Assembly (NCBI GenBank): GCA_951406725.2
Contig: OX597832.1
Coordinates: forward strand, 32,922,001 to 32,986,000
From: Octopus vulgaris
Lineage: Eukaryota
Length of the DNA: 64,000 nt
Reading direction: 5' to 3'
A program made the position numbers and the translations under genes. Below, piece after piece: positions 14,696 to 28,849 of the stretch; the first letter of the stretch is position 1; each line of letters starts with the position of its first letter. The notes beneath the pieces were generated by a model, which saw nothing but the letters and a program-made list of their open reading frames with translations, was not told where the DNA came from and did not search any database.

Positions 14696-15927
14696 AAAAG
14701 ATAAAAAAATAATATATATATGCCATTCCCTTGAACGACATAAAGACAAACTGCTGAAAAAATCGACAAATTTAATGCTAAATCTGTGATTATGTCTAAA
14801 TACAATTTTGAAAAGAAATTTCACTGAAATACTGCATATCGCAATAATGGAATAACACACGATTAACTGACCGGATGAACATATTTTAAGCCATCGGCAA
14901 ATTTACAGCCAGTTCTGTTCTACATATAGCTGTAGGGCCGTATATCTCAAAAGCAGTAAGAACTGAGGACTTCCGTCTTGAAATGATCTTTGTTCAAAGG
15001 CAAAGCATTCATCATTAGATAAGATAAAACATGAGCAGAAAATCACACACAAATGTGCACACAATCGCACACATGCACACACACAAACATACACAAGTTG
15101 TTAGGTGTATGAATGAGTATTCTGATATAAATGTATACATATGTAAGTATGTATGTATACATTGTGTATGCGTGTATGCATGTACACATAAGATTTTCAT
15201 ATCTTACACTTAGAGATATAAGTATATATCCATTACCACTGATTAATTTCCTTTCAGTGCAAAATACTTTCCGGACTAGGATTGCCAGATGACACTACCT
15301 GACATGAGATACACCTGCAACGGCACACGTTTTAGCGGGAAACACTGCTGATCAGTAGGTATATCCGCTCAGCCGATCACCTACTCCATCGTTATTACGA
15401 TTGTTTTATCTTGGACTCCATGCCTTCCCCTGCGGTTGGAACATTCAGCTCGAGGAGTGGGATTAGAATTAATCCAGTTCTGAACTAGAGCTAAACTTCA
15501 CTTTATTTCTTTCGAACAGATTTTCTTACTTAGGTGACGTTGCAACATGAACTGGTAGCAGCACTGACTTATGCATAGATATACATATATCTAATGACGA
15601 ATACTACACGCACAGGTATACACACAGTTACACGTGTGCACAATCACACATACATAGACGGGCCCGCGCACGCACAAACACAAACACATATTTTACATAT
15701 CTTTACGTATAAAGGCGTGTCCAAACATATACTTATGTATGTATATATTTATATATTTATATATATACATATGTGTGTGTGTGTCCATATAAGCGCACAC
15801 TGCTTGTGTTGAACCATGATGCAATACAACGACTGATGCGTGCACCATTTAACAATATCCTAATTACATATTTATATATGCGTATATGCATGCGTGTATG
15901 TGTGTATGTAGGCATGAATGTGAAGAT

Positions 15928-15965
<38 letters not shown>

Positions 15966-15973
15966 GTGTGTGC

Positions 15974-16029
<56 letters not shown>

Positions 16030-16567
16030 ACATACATATTGTAAATATACACAAGCTCATACGTACATATATACACATTGTAGATATACATACGTATGCA
16101 TAAATCTATATATGTTATGTATATGCATGTTTACATATATATGTATTATAAATACATAAATACATAGATACATAGATACATACACAAATACGTATATGCA
16201 TACCTACCTACCTAACTACCTAACTACCTAACTACATATATACATTTATGTACGTAAAAAGAAGTAAAAATACCTAGAAAAGCTAATAGAGAAATTGAAT
16301 AGGCTGAGATAAAATGGCGGTCGAAGAAATAAAAGTGAATCTCTATTGACATTTAGCTGTGTAAACAACGTCTCTGTATCTTACCCAGTTGACCTTCTAG
16401 CATCAAAATGGCGGGAAGACATTACCGACCGCGTACCTAACACGTTTATGTATCTAGACTCGAAAACCCTGAAGCAGAATAGTAATTATTCGCACACAAA
16501 TACACATACACGAATGCACATGCACATACACGCATTTGTACATATATATGTATAAATACATATATAC

Positions 16568-16644
<77 letters not shown>

Positions 16645-16764
16645 TACATATATACATACATACATATATACATATATACATATAAATACACAAACACACA
16701 TATATATATATGTATACATACATACATACACATATATATATAAATATATACATATATATATATA

Positions 16765-16803
<39 letters not shown>

Positions 16804-17241
16804 ATAAATATGTGTATTTCTTCGTCTTATGTTAAACGTGCGAAAGTGTCTAGTCATATTTTACGCTAGACTCTGGCACTGTTCAGGTTTTAGTATTTTC
16901 AAGTGTGTGAATATTTTTGTCGATTTGTGTGTTTCTATTTATTTCTGTGCGTCTGTCTGTGTCCCTTTGTTTTCAAGTGTGTTTGTGTGTGTAGCTATGC
17001 GTGCTTGTTTGTAGGAATGTGAGAGTGTATGCATACGTTGACACATTATCTATCGCACGACATATCCCCTTCAATCATATCAACGGAGAGGAAAATATAT
17101 CTATCACCATTTTGATAAAACTGAGATATGATGCGTATACATACATGCATACATACATTAATAGATGCATACACACACATTCACACACGCACATACACAC
17201 ACACATATATATATATGTGTGTATAGGTAAACATAGATACA

Positions 17242-17290
<49 letters not shown>

Positions 17291-17501
17291 TATATATATG
17301 TATGTATATATATACACATACATACCTAGACACTTATGCTCATAGTACATATATACTTATAAGATAAATGTATATATGTATCTACATATGTATATTGTTT
17401 GTAGAAAAACAATATTTGCGGAGTTTATATTACTATATAGATAATATTTAATGGCTGTCTTGTATCCTGGTGTCTGTTTGTATGGGAACAATGCACTGTA
17501 C

Positions 17502-17568
<67 letters not shown>

Positions 17569-17984
17569 CATACATACAAGTCTTAGTATACACATATGTG
17601 TTTATGTATATACATATATTTGCAATTATACACATATCAATATACAGACACGTACATGCACATAAGGATACACACATACACACACGTATGCGTTTGTGTG
17701 TGTATGTATAAGATCAGTCTGAACCGGTAAATACAGCTTGTTGGTGTCGTCTGCTCAAAGATTTAAATAGTCGTAATAAATAAATATTCGTGTTAACATT
17801 AAGACAGAGAAAGAGAAAAAAAGTAAAGAAAAGAGAATCCGTCTCATTCAATGGACGTTGTTTAGTTGATATTTATTCACAATATCTTTCATTTTTGATA
17901 ATTGAAAACAAAATCAATCAATTGTTATCTTATATAGAGATAAGTGTCTGAGGAATTGTTTCTACTGTTCTCCATCCAAAAGGA

Positions 17985-18480
17985 AATATTCCATAACGAG
18001 AAGAGAAGGATGAGAAAATTGTTGAAGGGAAGGAGAAGAATAAAAAAAGGAAGAGGAGGAGTGGGAGAAATGAAGTAGAAGGGGAGGCTGAGAAAGAGTA
18101 TAAAGAAAGAATATGAAGAACAAGAAGAAGACGATGGAGAATATGAGGAGGTGGAGGAGGGAGAAGAAGACGATGATGATGATGGTGTTGGTGGTGCGGA
18201 GTGGAGGAGGAAGAAGAAGAGGGAGGGGATGAAGATGAATGAAAATGGGAGAAGGAGTGGAGGAGGAGGAGGTGGAGAGTGGGAGCAGAAGGAGCAGGTG
18301 GATGATGTTGATGGTGGATGTTTGGAAAGAGATTCTGTGAAGAGATTAACGAAGAAGATAATGAATGAAGCTGAAAATGGTGAATGAATAAAGAAAGAAT
18401 ATAAAGAAAAATATGAAGAAGAAGAAAAGAAGACGATGATGCTGAGGAGTAGGAGGAGGAGGTGGAGGAGAATGAGCAGC
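17985..18480. repeat. Purine-rich degenerate trinucleotide block (GAA/GGA/GAT/GGT)
   Basis: Directly visible; explains the low-complexity 220-aa and 184-aa minus-strand ORFs. Confidence 0.85.
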
Positions 18481-18896
18481 ACATGGAATCTACGTCTCAA
18501 CACTTTCCATTTTTTAATGACAAAATATGAACTCCCATCGAAATTTACATACCACGGACAAGAAGCATTTCCACCACTTCTATACACACCACTTTCCTTG
18601 GGTTATGGAGCTGCAACTATAACATTTTATACATCTTTTTATTTTTCCTTTTATTCCCTTGTTTCCCTTTATAATTCTTATTTCCATCCTTTTCCAAAAT
18701 AACTTCTTATACTGGAGTCTAATATTGCACTCTATCTAACTCTCTCACGGCGTCTCTGATGAAATAATATCTCTAATAACCCAGAAACAGCTGTAAGACG
18801 AATTTCTCTTTATAAATGTCCTGAAAATTTCCACACAGCCTTGGCTTTGTTGTGTCATTCTATTAAACACATACACACACACAAACACACACACGC

Positions 18897-18943
<47 letters not shown>

Positions 18944-19890
18944 CATATATATATTATGTGTATGTATGTATTTGTGTGTGAGTGTGCAAGCCCATAGTTT
19001 CCATCTAAAAAATACAGCTTGTAAGACATTTGTGTACCTCAAGTACGCTCCGCTGACTTCGAACTCCAGACTACTTGATTGCAAAGTGCAATTCTTTGAA
19101 CATAAGTCAATACTACTGACGTTATCGTAAGGTACCCCAGCAAGGACAAAGATCTAAAGTTGGTCCTCCATTTGATTTGAACCCAAAACGCAAAAGACCT
19201 GTGCTAAAATAGAAGGCGGTTGTCTTCTAGTGAGTCTATTGATTTCGCTTTTTCTTTTCTTCGTAATAAATACAAAAATATTGATTTCCCTGATTTGTCC
19301 GAAGGAGGAGAAGCTGTTCTTAAAAGTATGGAATTGGTTTATTCCAAACCAGTGTTCCAATGCTACTTCTTGATCTCCCCAGAAAAATTAATGTCAACTC
19401 AGCAAGATTTTATCGCTATTTTTGTCCAATGCAGATAAAAAATTCTAGGTATCTCTCCGTCATATTTTTATGCTTCTAGCTTTGAGCTAATTTTAGAAAA
19501 GAAAATATGTTTTAGCTCGAGTACTTGAGAAGTAGATTAATTTATTAACCACAAAGAATGTGAAATCAAGAAGAGTTTATTGGTCGTATTCGACCACAAA
19601 GAAAATTCCCAGCAGAATTGAGCGTATCTCCTGCAAACCACTGATTTATGTCTTGGAACAATAAAATATGTCCTTTTAAGGAAGAATTGCGTCGAATTGA
19701 TCACCACTAGTCCAACTCCAGCGCCAATAAGGTATACTGTGCTTCCCTTTTCAAAACCCTCAATAAACACTTTGCTCTAAACTCGGCGAGTAATGCTTGT
19801 TAACTTTATTGAACTACGACAGATGCTAATTGGTGAATCTTCTAGAGACACTTTACTCTGTTCAAATGCATTTATTATTTAATGTAATGA

Positions 19891-20220
19891 AGGCGGTGAA
19901 CCTGTGAGAATTGTTAGGAAACAGAGCAAAATACATTACTGCACTTCGTCCGTTCTGAGCTGAAATTCTCTTCCGAGATCGACTTTTCCTTTTTCGGGAA
20001 CGACAAAAAGTACCTGTGGAGGATGGCGACCTGACAGAATCGTTAGTAAGCTGGCAAAAATTCTTACAGGCGTATCGTCCATCTTTACGTTCTCTAGGCC
20101 TTATTTTGCTGAGGTCTATTTTGCCTTTCATCTTGTCATGGGTGGCGATCGATAAATGCACTGGAGTCGAAAACATCGACTTAACCCCCTTCTCTCTAAA
20201 TTCGCTGTTCTTGTGACATT
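19891..20220 (+). mobile_element. Two tandem degenerate family A SINEs
   Basis: aggcggtgaacctgtgagaattgttag...gttctgagctgaaattctcttccgagatcgactttt, followed by atggcgacctgacagaatcgttag...gaggtctattttgcctttcatc...ctggagtcga. Confidence 0.65.
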
Positions 20221-20699
20221 ATTTAATGCAATCTGACAAATACAGGTCCTAGTGTTCAATGTTGAAACACATTTCTACATGGTGTGTATTCTAAGATGAC
20301 ATGCGTCTAAGGAACAACAGCAAATCGAAATATAAAACCACAGAAAGCGCCATCATTCTACGCCAGGCAGGAAGCTAAAAACGGTGATGCAGAACATTAG
20401 CCATTACATTTTTAGTCAATTTGCAATAATTTTACCATTGGACCATAAAGGTATATACACTTGCAAGACATATGAAACTAATTACTTTGGGCAACCAAGC
20501 AATGGATTCCGCTTACACTTCCGTCCCTCATAACACTTTGTATGTTAAAGTTCCGGGGTGAAAAAAAAAAAAAAAAACAAAGAAAAGAAATACAAACACT
20601 CCGGTTCATGTCACAGTGTAAAAAAAATTTTAAATTGTTTTTTAAACTGTCGTTTACGAGGACAAGTTTTCCAGTCGTAGGATAAACAAAATAGTCTGC

Positions 20700-20956
20700 T
20701 TGTGAAATTTATGTGCAAGTAGCGGAGACCTCCACACATACGTGTATTCTTAACGTAGTTCTCCGAGTTATTCAGCGTGACATAGAGTGTGACGATTATA
20801 GTACTTTGAAGTATTGGTAAAACTCAATATTGCCACCAGATTACACTGGGGCAAAAGTGTTTAGGTCAAAAACAGAACGAACTCTGCTCGACTTTGAACT
20901 CACGACCGACAGGTCGTGAACCGAATCTCGCAACCACGAAGCTGCGAGCTTTCACA
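20700..20956 (-). mobile_element. SINE family C-related
   Basis: Reverse tRNA-like head gactttgaactcacgaccgacaggtcgtgaaccgaatctcgcaaccac, with body cttaacgtagttctccgagttattcagcgtgacatagagtgtgac. Confidence 0.6.
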
Positions 20957-21327
20957 CTGGAATAGGAATGGCATTACCATTGGGCAGATACACCGGATTA
21001 TGCTGAAAAGGATTTATCGTTTTGCATAGAATCCAATACAAAAATTAGGTTAGAATGGTTAATATGTTGGTAAGAGAGACACGTCCAGGTCGCGGGCTCA
21101 AGGAAATTACAACAAGGTTGATCAAGAAACATGTTCATAGCATTTTTTCCGATGGCCCGATAACACAAGAGAAGCCGGCGTGGTTTTCCACCCCGACATC
21201 CGAAACTCGGAGTTTAATTATGGCTACCGAATAATTGTCACATAGTATATTTAAAGATAAATTCCTCTATTTATATAATATCGAGGTCTCTTTCTTTTTT
21301 TGTTGCCTTGCCATTTCTATCAATATA

Positions 21328-21407
<80 letters not shown>

Positions 21408-22001
21408 CTTAGATAAATAGATATCTAAATGCATACATACACACTTACATACATACATATAAATACACAAATACATACATACATACATACATACATACAT
21501 ACATACATACATACATACATACATACATACATACGTACATACATAGGGGATCGTTTACACTTTCGCCACATTCATACCATTCTACTCTCAACTAATACTT
21601 TGCGCGTGCACGCCACATTTCTGAAACACCTTTCATAGGTCGTAAATCACCATAAGGTGTCACGCCGCCATATTGAGAGAATCTTCATATTACTATTTCA
21701 GAATGTGCATTTGGCAATTCTCTGGTGAGATGGACGTCGGTAAATGTAGAAGCTGAGATATTGCAGGAGCAGATGGTCCAACTGAAAGATGCCTGTTGCA
21801 ACTCATTTGCAGAGACGAATTTAAGACAATGAAGTTGATTAAACGTTAATAAATGATGTGTAAGTCAATCTCACTTAATTCCCACAATTCCGATTCTAGT
21901 AACTCTGTATTATAATCATATTAACATCCTCGCTTTTAATTGTAAGACATATTAATATTAATAGCAAGAATACTGAATCAGACAACAACAACAACTGCTG
22001 A

Positions 22002-22086
<85 letters not shown>

Positions 22087-22509
22087 ACGACTACTACTAC
22101 TAGCGCTGCAGCAACAACAACGTCGAAAGTAACGATAGTAGAAACAATAAAATTCGTAACGATATGGCGGCGACTGCAACGGAAGTGACGATTAATTCCC
22201 ACAATAGTTTTAGCCTTCGTTTCTCTATTCTAATTATATTAACACTTTCCGCTTTCATTATAAGAAAACATTGATATTAATATCAATGTTTAATGGTAAC
22301 ATAAATTATCACAGAGCAATCTTCATCGCCACCGTAGGTATCATCATCATCATCATCATCGTCATCATCATCATCATCGTCATAGTGATGATACAATCGT
22401 GATAATGGCGGACAGCGTTTACACTCTCGACTCGATTCCTAAATATATTAAACTTTTCTCGTTTAATTATACAATAACTAAATCAACAGAAATAATAGAA
22501 AATGATGAC

Positions 22510-22725
22510 ACAGAGGTTAGAGGTTTTGCTGTAACGATCGAAAGCTAGTGGTTTCGATTCCTGAACACGCCCTTTGCGTTGTACTCTTCAGCGAAACTCG
22601 TTTCATTTTGCTCCAGTCCACTCGGCTGTGAATCAGAAACTCTCCTGCAGGAAGGAAGTCGTTTATATGCAATGGAAAGCGTGAAAACCGGTCCTGTGTG
22701 TCAGCGATCTCCAAACACCAGTGTA
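22510..22725 (+). mobile_element. SINE family C
   Basis: agaggttagaggttttgc...gtggtttcgattcctgaac...gcgttgtactcttcagcgaaac...ttgctccagtccactcggctg: tRNA A/B-box-like head plus the family C body. Confidence 0.6.
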
Positions 22726-24550
22726 CACATATTGATGATGATGGTGATGATGATGAAATATTAAGAGAAATTCAGTGGTTGTGCGGGATTTATCGAGGAG
22801 GAGTACCCGTGAGTAGGGTTTGCTGTTTTTACACATTTACATATTGTCCTTCATGTTGAAATTCAAATCTCACCTATTTCATGTTCCTCCTCTCTTTCAT
22901 TTCGGGGCCCAGTGAAGTCAATACAACTCAAGTGTTTATTCCGCTGAAGTAATGTAGTAAAAAGAATGAAAGTACCAACTCCATTCCACGAATCAATATT
23001 GATGGCAACAACATTAGAGTGTAAGGAGGTGAGTTGTCGTTGTTGTCAATGCATCGGACTAAATGATTAGTGGCATTTTCTCAAACTGTGACGAGGGAGG
23101 ATTTACCTTTCGCCGAGAGGTGGATGTAATTCGGCTTGGGATCTCCCCTTAATTCAAGTTGTTGGCATCAATGAAATGAACCTACCACATCTTAGAATCG
23201 CCGGGTTTGTATCTTGCAATGGGCTGGTGTCCTGTTCAGGGGAAATATGATCTGGGTCACATATCATGTAAACCGGATGGGTAGTCTTAAGTGTCCAAGT
23301 GTTCGAGAAAAAATATTAAAATGGCTAACAGAAAAGTAGACGAATATTCCTGAATCTTCTAGTGGTGGCTGTTTGAATTGTGAATTTCAATGAAGGCAAT
23401 AACATCCATCGGTGCAATGAAGTATGTGTACTAAATCTAATAGTAATCGACTAACAATGTTTCCTAAAAATACCTGTTTATACGCATACAAGACATTATC
23501 ATCGTTAAGTGGGGTTAGAGCGTCACATCAAATGTCTGAAGGCATTTCTTCCAGCTGTTGACGTTCTCATCTCTAATCTAGCTAGGAAAATATTTGCGTT
23601 TCACCCTTCCGAGGTGTTCTCTCATCGTAACTGTGGTGCGAGAAATATGTTTGTGGTTCAGAATGTTTGGAGTTATGAGTCTTCCGATTTCGTCCCACTT
23701 TGGGCTATTTTGGTAAAGTAACTCTCAAATGCTAAACTCCGTGTGATTCTAAAATCACTCACCTTGAAATCGTTGCCTTACGTCTAAATCAAAAGCTGTT
23801 ATTATAAACGGGAGATTGATTAACGAAATATAAAGAGTATTTGGCTACATGAACATAAATATTGTTTTCAACACCAGCTGAGAACAATTTAGCATCTTAC
23901 CCGTGCCAAATCGATAAAAAATATTTTATCGATCAATTACTGGTACATCTTTGTTAATATCATCGAATGGTTACCCCGACGCACAATACTGTGGTACCCT
24001 ACTTTTATTAGAAAACCCATATGAATTGAAAGTGAACACGTTCCCACAACGACAACGGCAGCGACGACGGAGTGGTTTGTAAAATATGTACGATTAATAA
24101 AGAAGCAGAGTGATCGAAATAAAGAATATGATGAATGCAATTTTAACAAACGCAACGGGTTTGTATTTCCATATATATTTCCACAGAGTATAACAATGGT
24201 TATTTGAAAACGTCAATATGTTAATTTAAAATAGAGGAAATATTTGAAGAATTACTCATTTCTATAATTGCGTAACGCTTTCTGATGGATGACAATCTAA
24301 TTATAGATGCTAACTTGTCTACAAAGATCAAATGAATGGAGATATCACCAGATTATATATTAATGCTATCATTAATGCTATTCAATACATACACATATAT
24401 GTACACCTATTAAATATATATACAGCTTATACATATACATACACGCATAATTCACACTCATATAAATACTATATATATACGCAAATGCTATATGCATACA
24501 TACATAAATGCATGCATAATTATATAAATATACTACACGCACATGTACAA

Positions 24551-24599
<49 letters not shown>

Positions 24600-24738
24600 C
24601 ATGCTTACGTACTTGACAACATGCATGCATACGCACCAGCATTTCCACATATATCGATACATACAAAATCTGTAAAAAATTCCATGCATATATTGAGTGA
24701 ATTTGTTGCTGGAATGGATTCTTCTTCTTCTTCTTCTT

Positions 24739-24769
<31 letters not shown>

Positions 24770-24819
24770 TTATTATTATTATTATTATCGTAGGTGGTGA
24801 GCTGGAAGAATCTTTAATA

Positions 24820-26025
24820 TGCCAAGCATTCCTGATAGCTTTCATTATATGGTCAGTGTGTCCCAGAGCTGGTTGATCGAGTTGCTGAGAGAGTGGTATC
24901 GTCCGCATAGTCACGGTCGGTGTGGTGGCGCTTCCTGAAAATAACGCCAGAAACACGTTCGGAGATTTTAGTCATCATTGAAAGAGTTGAAGAGGCCAGG
25001 ATCGGTCACATCGCCATCTCTGACTCCACTTTTGCTGGAGAACAAGTCAGAGACACTTCTATTCACCAGCACACAGCTCTCGGCACGGCTATAGAGACAC
25101 TGGAACGGAAGAGTAACCTGGAGAGGCGCACCGATGAGCTTCAGAATTTTTTCAGTGAGATTTTTTCGGCGTCGATGAAGGTGGTGTAGAGGCAGGGATC
25201 TTTGCGAAACTCCCAATACTGAGTGGGAGTGCAAAAGTATGGTCGGTGGTAGATTTGTCCCGAGTCCGGCTTCCTGCGGTCAGGGACTGCTTCTAGTTGG
25301 AAGAGCACGCTGAGGAGCATTTTGGCAAAGAAGTTACCAGAGCTAAGAAGGGGGTGATACCCCTGTGGTCGATACAGACAAGTTTCTCGCCCTTCCTTTT
25401 CCATGACAGGAGGAGTATGCCCCGAAACCAGTCATTTGGGAATCGCTCTGTCACCAGTACATAGTTGATGATGCGAGTGAACCTCTTTAATATGTTATCT
25501 CCGCTCGCTCTCAATATATTCGCAGTCATAGAGTAGATTCGAGGGGCTAGATTCTGAGCTTCTTCAGGTCGGCAATGACTTCGTCAGGAGTAGCAGGATC
25601 GAGTTCCCAAATGCCATTGGTTGTAACTGTGTTTCCAGTGATTGTTAGAATCGACTGGAATAGTTGTTGATTGATGAAGAATACTGAGTTGATGCTTCCA
25701 GTGTTGGAGCCGGGCGGTTACCATGGTAATGACCATTGCCATCAGTGTCCGTCACCAGGGATGTCTGGAACCGTGGATCGTCACAGTTTCTGGAGAAACG
25801 TATTGAAACATATGGATGATGTCGTTGTTCATTGCCGCTGCCTCCAGATCCTCGGTTTCCCGCCCTAAACCTCTCATTGTCAGCTGTCACGGCCTTGCTG
25901 CTCAACCGGTTGAAATGGCGCTTCTTCATGTATGTCGCTGGTGAAATTCACTTTTCTGGCCACAGCAATGAAATCTACACCCGTTTGGTAAGATGGTTTT
26001 TTGCCTCGCGAAAGCTGTCCCAGTA
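24820..26025 (-). mobile_element. RTE-clade LINE reverse transcriptase fragment (decayed)
   Basis: Minus-strand pieces ATPDEVIADLKKL, ERFPNDWFRGILLLSWKRKGEKLVCIDHRGIT, WEFRKDPCLYTTFID, LYSRAESCVLVN...SGVRDGDVTDPGLFN and HTDRDYADDTTL (YADD near 24898-24909) occur in canonical RT order, with frameshifts. Confidence 0.9.
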
Positions 26026-26068
26026 ACTGCATTTATAATCAAAACCATTTTGAAGAACGTTAGACTTA

Positions 26069-26124
<56 letters not shown>

Positions 26125-26370
26125 TGCAGAAATGGAGAGAAAAACAGCTTGATAACAAAGAAACTGATGAATATACAGGTATGTACAGGTATGCATATAT
26201 ACATGTATCTACAAAGATGCATACAGATAGACAGATATCCATATATATATATATGCGTATGTGTGTGCGTGTGTGTGTATGTATGTGTGTGTGTATATAT
26301 ATTTACATAGATACATACACATCAGTGTGTACGTTTGTTTGAATGTATGTATGTATGTATAAATGTTTGA

Positions 26371-26431
<61 letters not shown>

Positions 26432-26807
26432 CACACACGCGCGTCCAGACAGTTGTGTGATATAAATTTGAGCAGTAACATTGCAATTTGAAAAAAAAAA
26501 TGTGAAATATAATTTACACAATGAAACCAGAATCACTAAAATCAGGAATAATAATTCCAATAATAGAAGCAAAACTATGCAAAAAATGTTGACCGCGAAA
26601 CATCAATAGCAACTTTGAAATAATTCTTTATTTTAAAAATTGTAAATTATCAAGTGTTTTTCAAGAGTTGTATTTATTTGAAAAGAAAAATAACAAACAT
26701 ACATAATGTGCAATGAATACATTTCTGTTTTACATTCGAAGTAAATCTATCAAAGTGGACAAACATAATTAAAATGTAAATATATTTCAATATAAACACT
26801 TATGTCT

Positions 26808-26849
<42 letters not shown>

Positions 26850-27117
26850 TATTGGGGTACGTACACACATACATCCACACTTGTCTAGATAGATAGATAG
26901 ATATATAGATTAGATAGACAGACGGACAGAGAGAGAGGGACATGTGGATATAGATACACGTTCATACATGCTCACAACCACTCAGAGATGCACATATCTA
27001 TGCAACGGCTCCGGTCTCTCAAAGCCTAACGCAAATCGGTCCAAGGCTTTAGAAGAAGAGTATTGGTCAAGGTGCCAGGCCGTGGGGATCATCTTACCAA
27101 ACAAGCGAGCTTGTGCG

Positions 27118-27164
<47 letters not shown>

Positions 27165-27417
27165 GTATATGGACTCATACACAAATCCGCGAGGCACATG
27201 CACACACATACCTATATGTGTGCGTGTGTTTGTATGTACGTACGTATGTATATAAACACGTAGATATAAATTTACTTACAGCTTTTAGGCAACATGAATA
27301 TATTTTGAAAAGCATTGCATGATTTTATAGAAGCGAAATCTAATCATGAACTTTTACAGAGGAAACTTCATTCAGTGCTCTGTTACAATAAAACAGTCAA
27401 GTTTAAAGCCTAACATC

Positions 27418-27785
27418 TTCCACCCAAAGTCATAAAATAACTCATAACAGACAAGTGCTTCAACCAAACCTATTATTCGCTGGTTCAAATCCTTCGAACG
27501 CACATTTGTGCCAGACGCATGACGCACTTGAGCCGAATGTAAGACAGAACTGTTTGAAAGCCTAAAACGTTTGAGACAAACCTTAAGCAAAGTTGAGCCA
27601 AACCATTATACGCATGAACCAAAGCCAAAAGACAGAACAGGCAAGTTCGTGAAGCTTTTGAAGCAAACACGTAATACATAAGCAGCAAACATATAACGAG
27701 TCCGTGCCAAATCCATGAGGTTGTTAACCTAAAGCCTGGCCAAGTTGAGCCAAAATCGTAACACATTTGAAACAATTTACCATCG
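27418..27785. repeat. Highly diverged ~22-bp tandem array (core TTGAGCCAAA)
   Basis: Core variants start at 27458, 27480, 27505, 27527, 27549, 27570, 27592, 27613, 27635, 27657, 27679, 27701, 27722, 27744 and 27766 (spacing 21-22 bp, once 25). Confidence 0.7.
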
Positions 27786-28626
27786 ATAGAGTCGTGAGGT
27801 CACTATATTAGGAGTTTGTTGTTTCTATATTTGGTGTAAATTTGCCAAGTTCTTCTTTCTTAAACAATACTAGGTTAACCCTTGCAGCTTTCAAATAACT
27901 TCATCACATCATATTCCTTATTGCTAATTAATTCAAATCTTCAGAAAAAGATGTAATTAGTCAGATTCCTTTCTCTGTTGCACGATCGACAAGAGAAGCG
28001 AAATTTGTTGAGGTTGAATCATAATTTCTTTGCGCCAAATAAATAATGAAACACCCGCTAATTATGAAGGAGGAATCATGTCTGCGTCGGCCATGGGTGT
28101 AACTTGAATATTTCAGAATAAAATACATAACATTACGAAGCTTTGTTTCTATCCTCCACCTTCCGATTTCTTTATTAGCCACAAGGGCCCAAACATAGAG
28201 GGGGTACAAACAAGGACAGACAGGACACCACAGAGGGGACAATACATAGAACGAATGTGATGAGATGATTATTCAATAATGGGGTTATGAATGGCTGCGT
28301 GCGCCCCTCATCACATGCATTACCATTAATCTTTTTAAACTGTCCGTTTTTATCACATATTTAACCAACAATTAATTATCGTCTGCCATTACAATTATTT
28401 GAACCGTTATATTTTTCTCTAAAAATGTTCTATTTTCCGATGTTATTAAAAATAACATAAAACACTCTTTCTTTTTTCCCTCCTTTTTCTTTTTCTTTTC
28501 TTTTTTCCTGTTGCTTTGACATACTTTTTAAAAATTTTTAGTGATATTTATCCTCTCCCTTCCACTCTCTAATTTATGCAGCAACTCTGATAGTTATGAG
28601 AGAGTTCATTCATACTCACGCAAATA

Positions 28627-28806
28627 TTGGTTTCAAATGTTGGCACAAAGCCAGAAATTTCAGGGAAGGGAATAAATCGGTTACATTCACCTCAGTATTC
28701 AGCAGAATGAAAGACAGGGTCGACCTCGAATTCAGGACGCAATGGCATAGGAAATACCGCTGATCATCTTGCCCGGCGTGCGATCCATACTGCCAGTTCG
28801 CCGCCT
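28627..28806 (-). mobile_element. SINE family A
   Basis: gaatgaaagacagggtcgacctcgaattcagg...ggaaataccgctgatcatcttgcccggcgtgcg...tgccagttcgccgcct is the reverse complement of the family A head and central domain. Confidence 0.75.
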
Positions 28807-28849
28807 TGCGACGACCAAAATATTAAGAAGCAACAACAGATTTGTTCAA

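Noticed and set aside
23755-23905. Two consensus-like minus-strand splice donors (AAG|GTGAGT, CGG|GTAAGA)
   Set aside because: No convincing open exon attached; such motifs arise by chance in 64 kb.
27418-27785. CRISPR-like repeat-spacer interpretation of the 22-bp array
   Set aside because: Eukaryotic context, repeat core only ~10 nt and variable, spacers ~12 nt, no cas genes.
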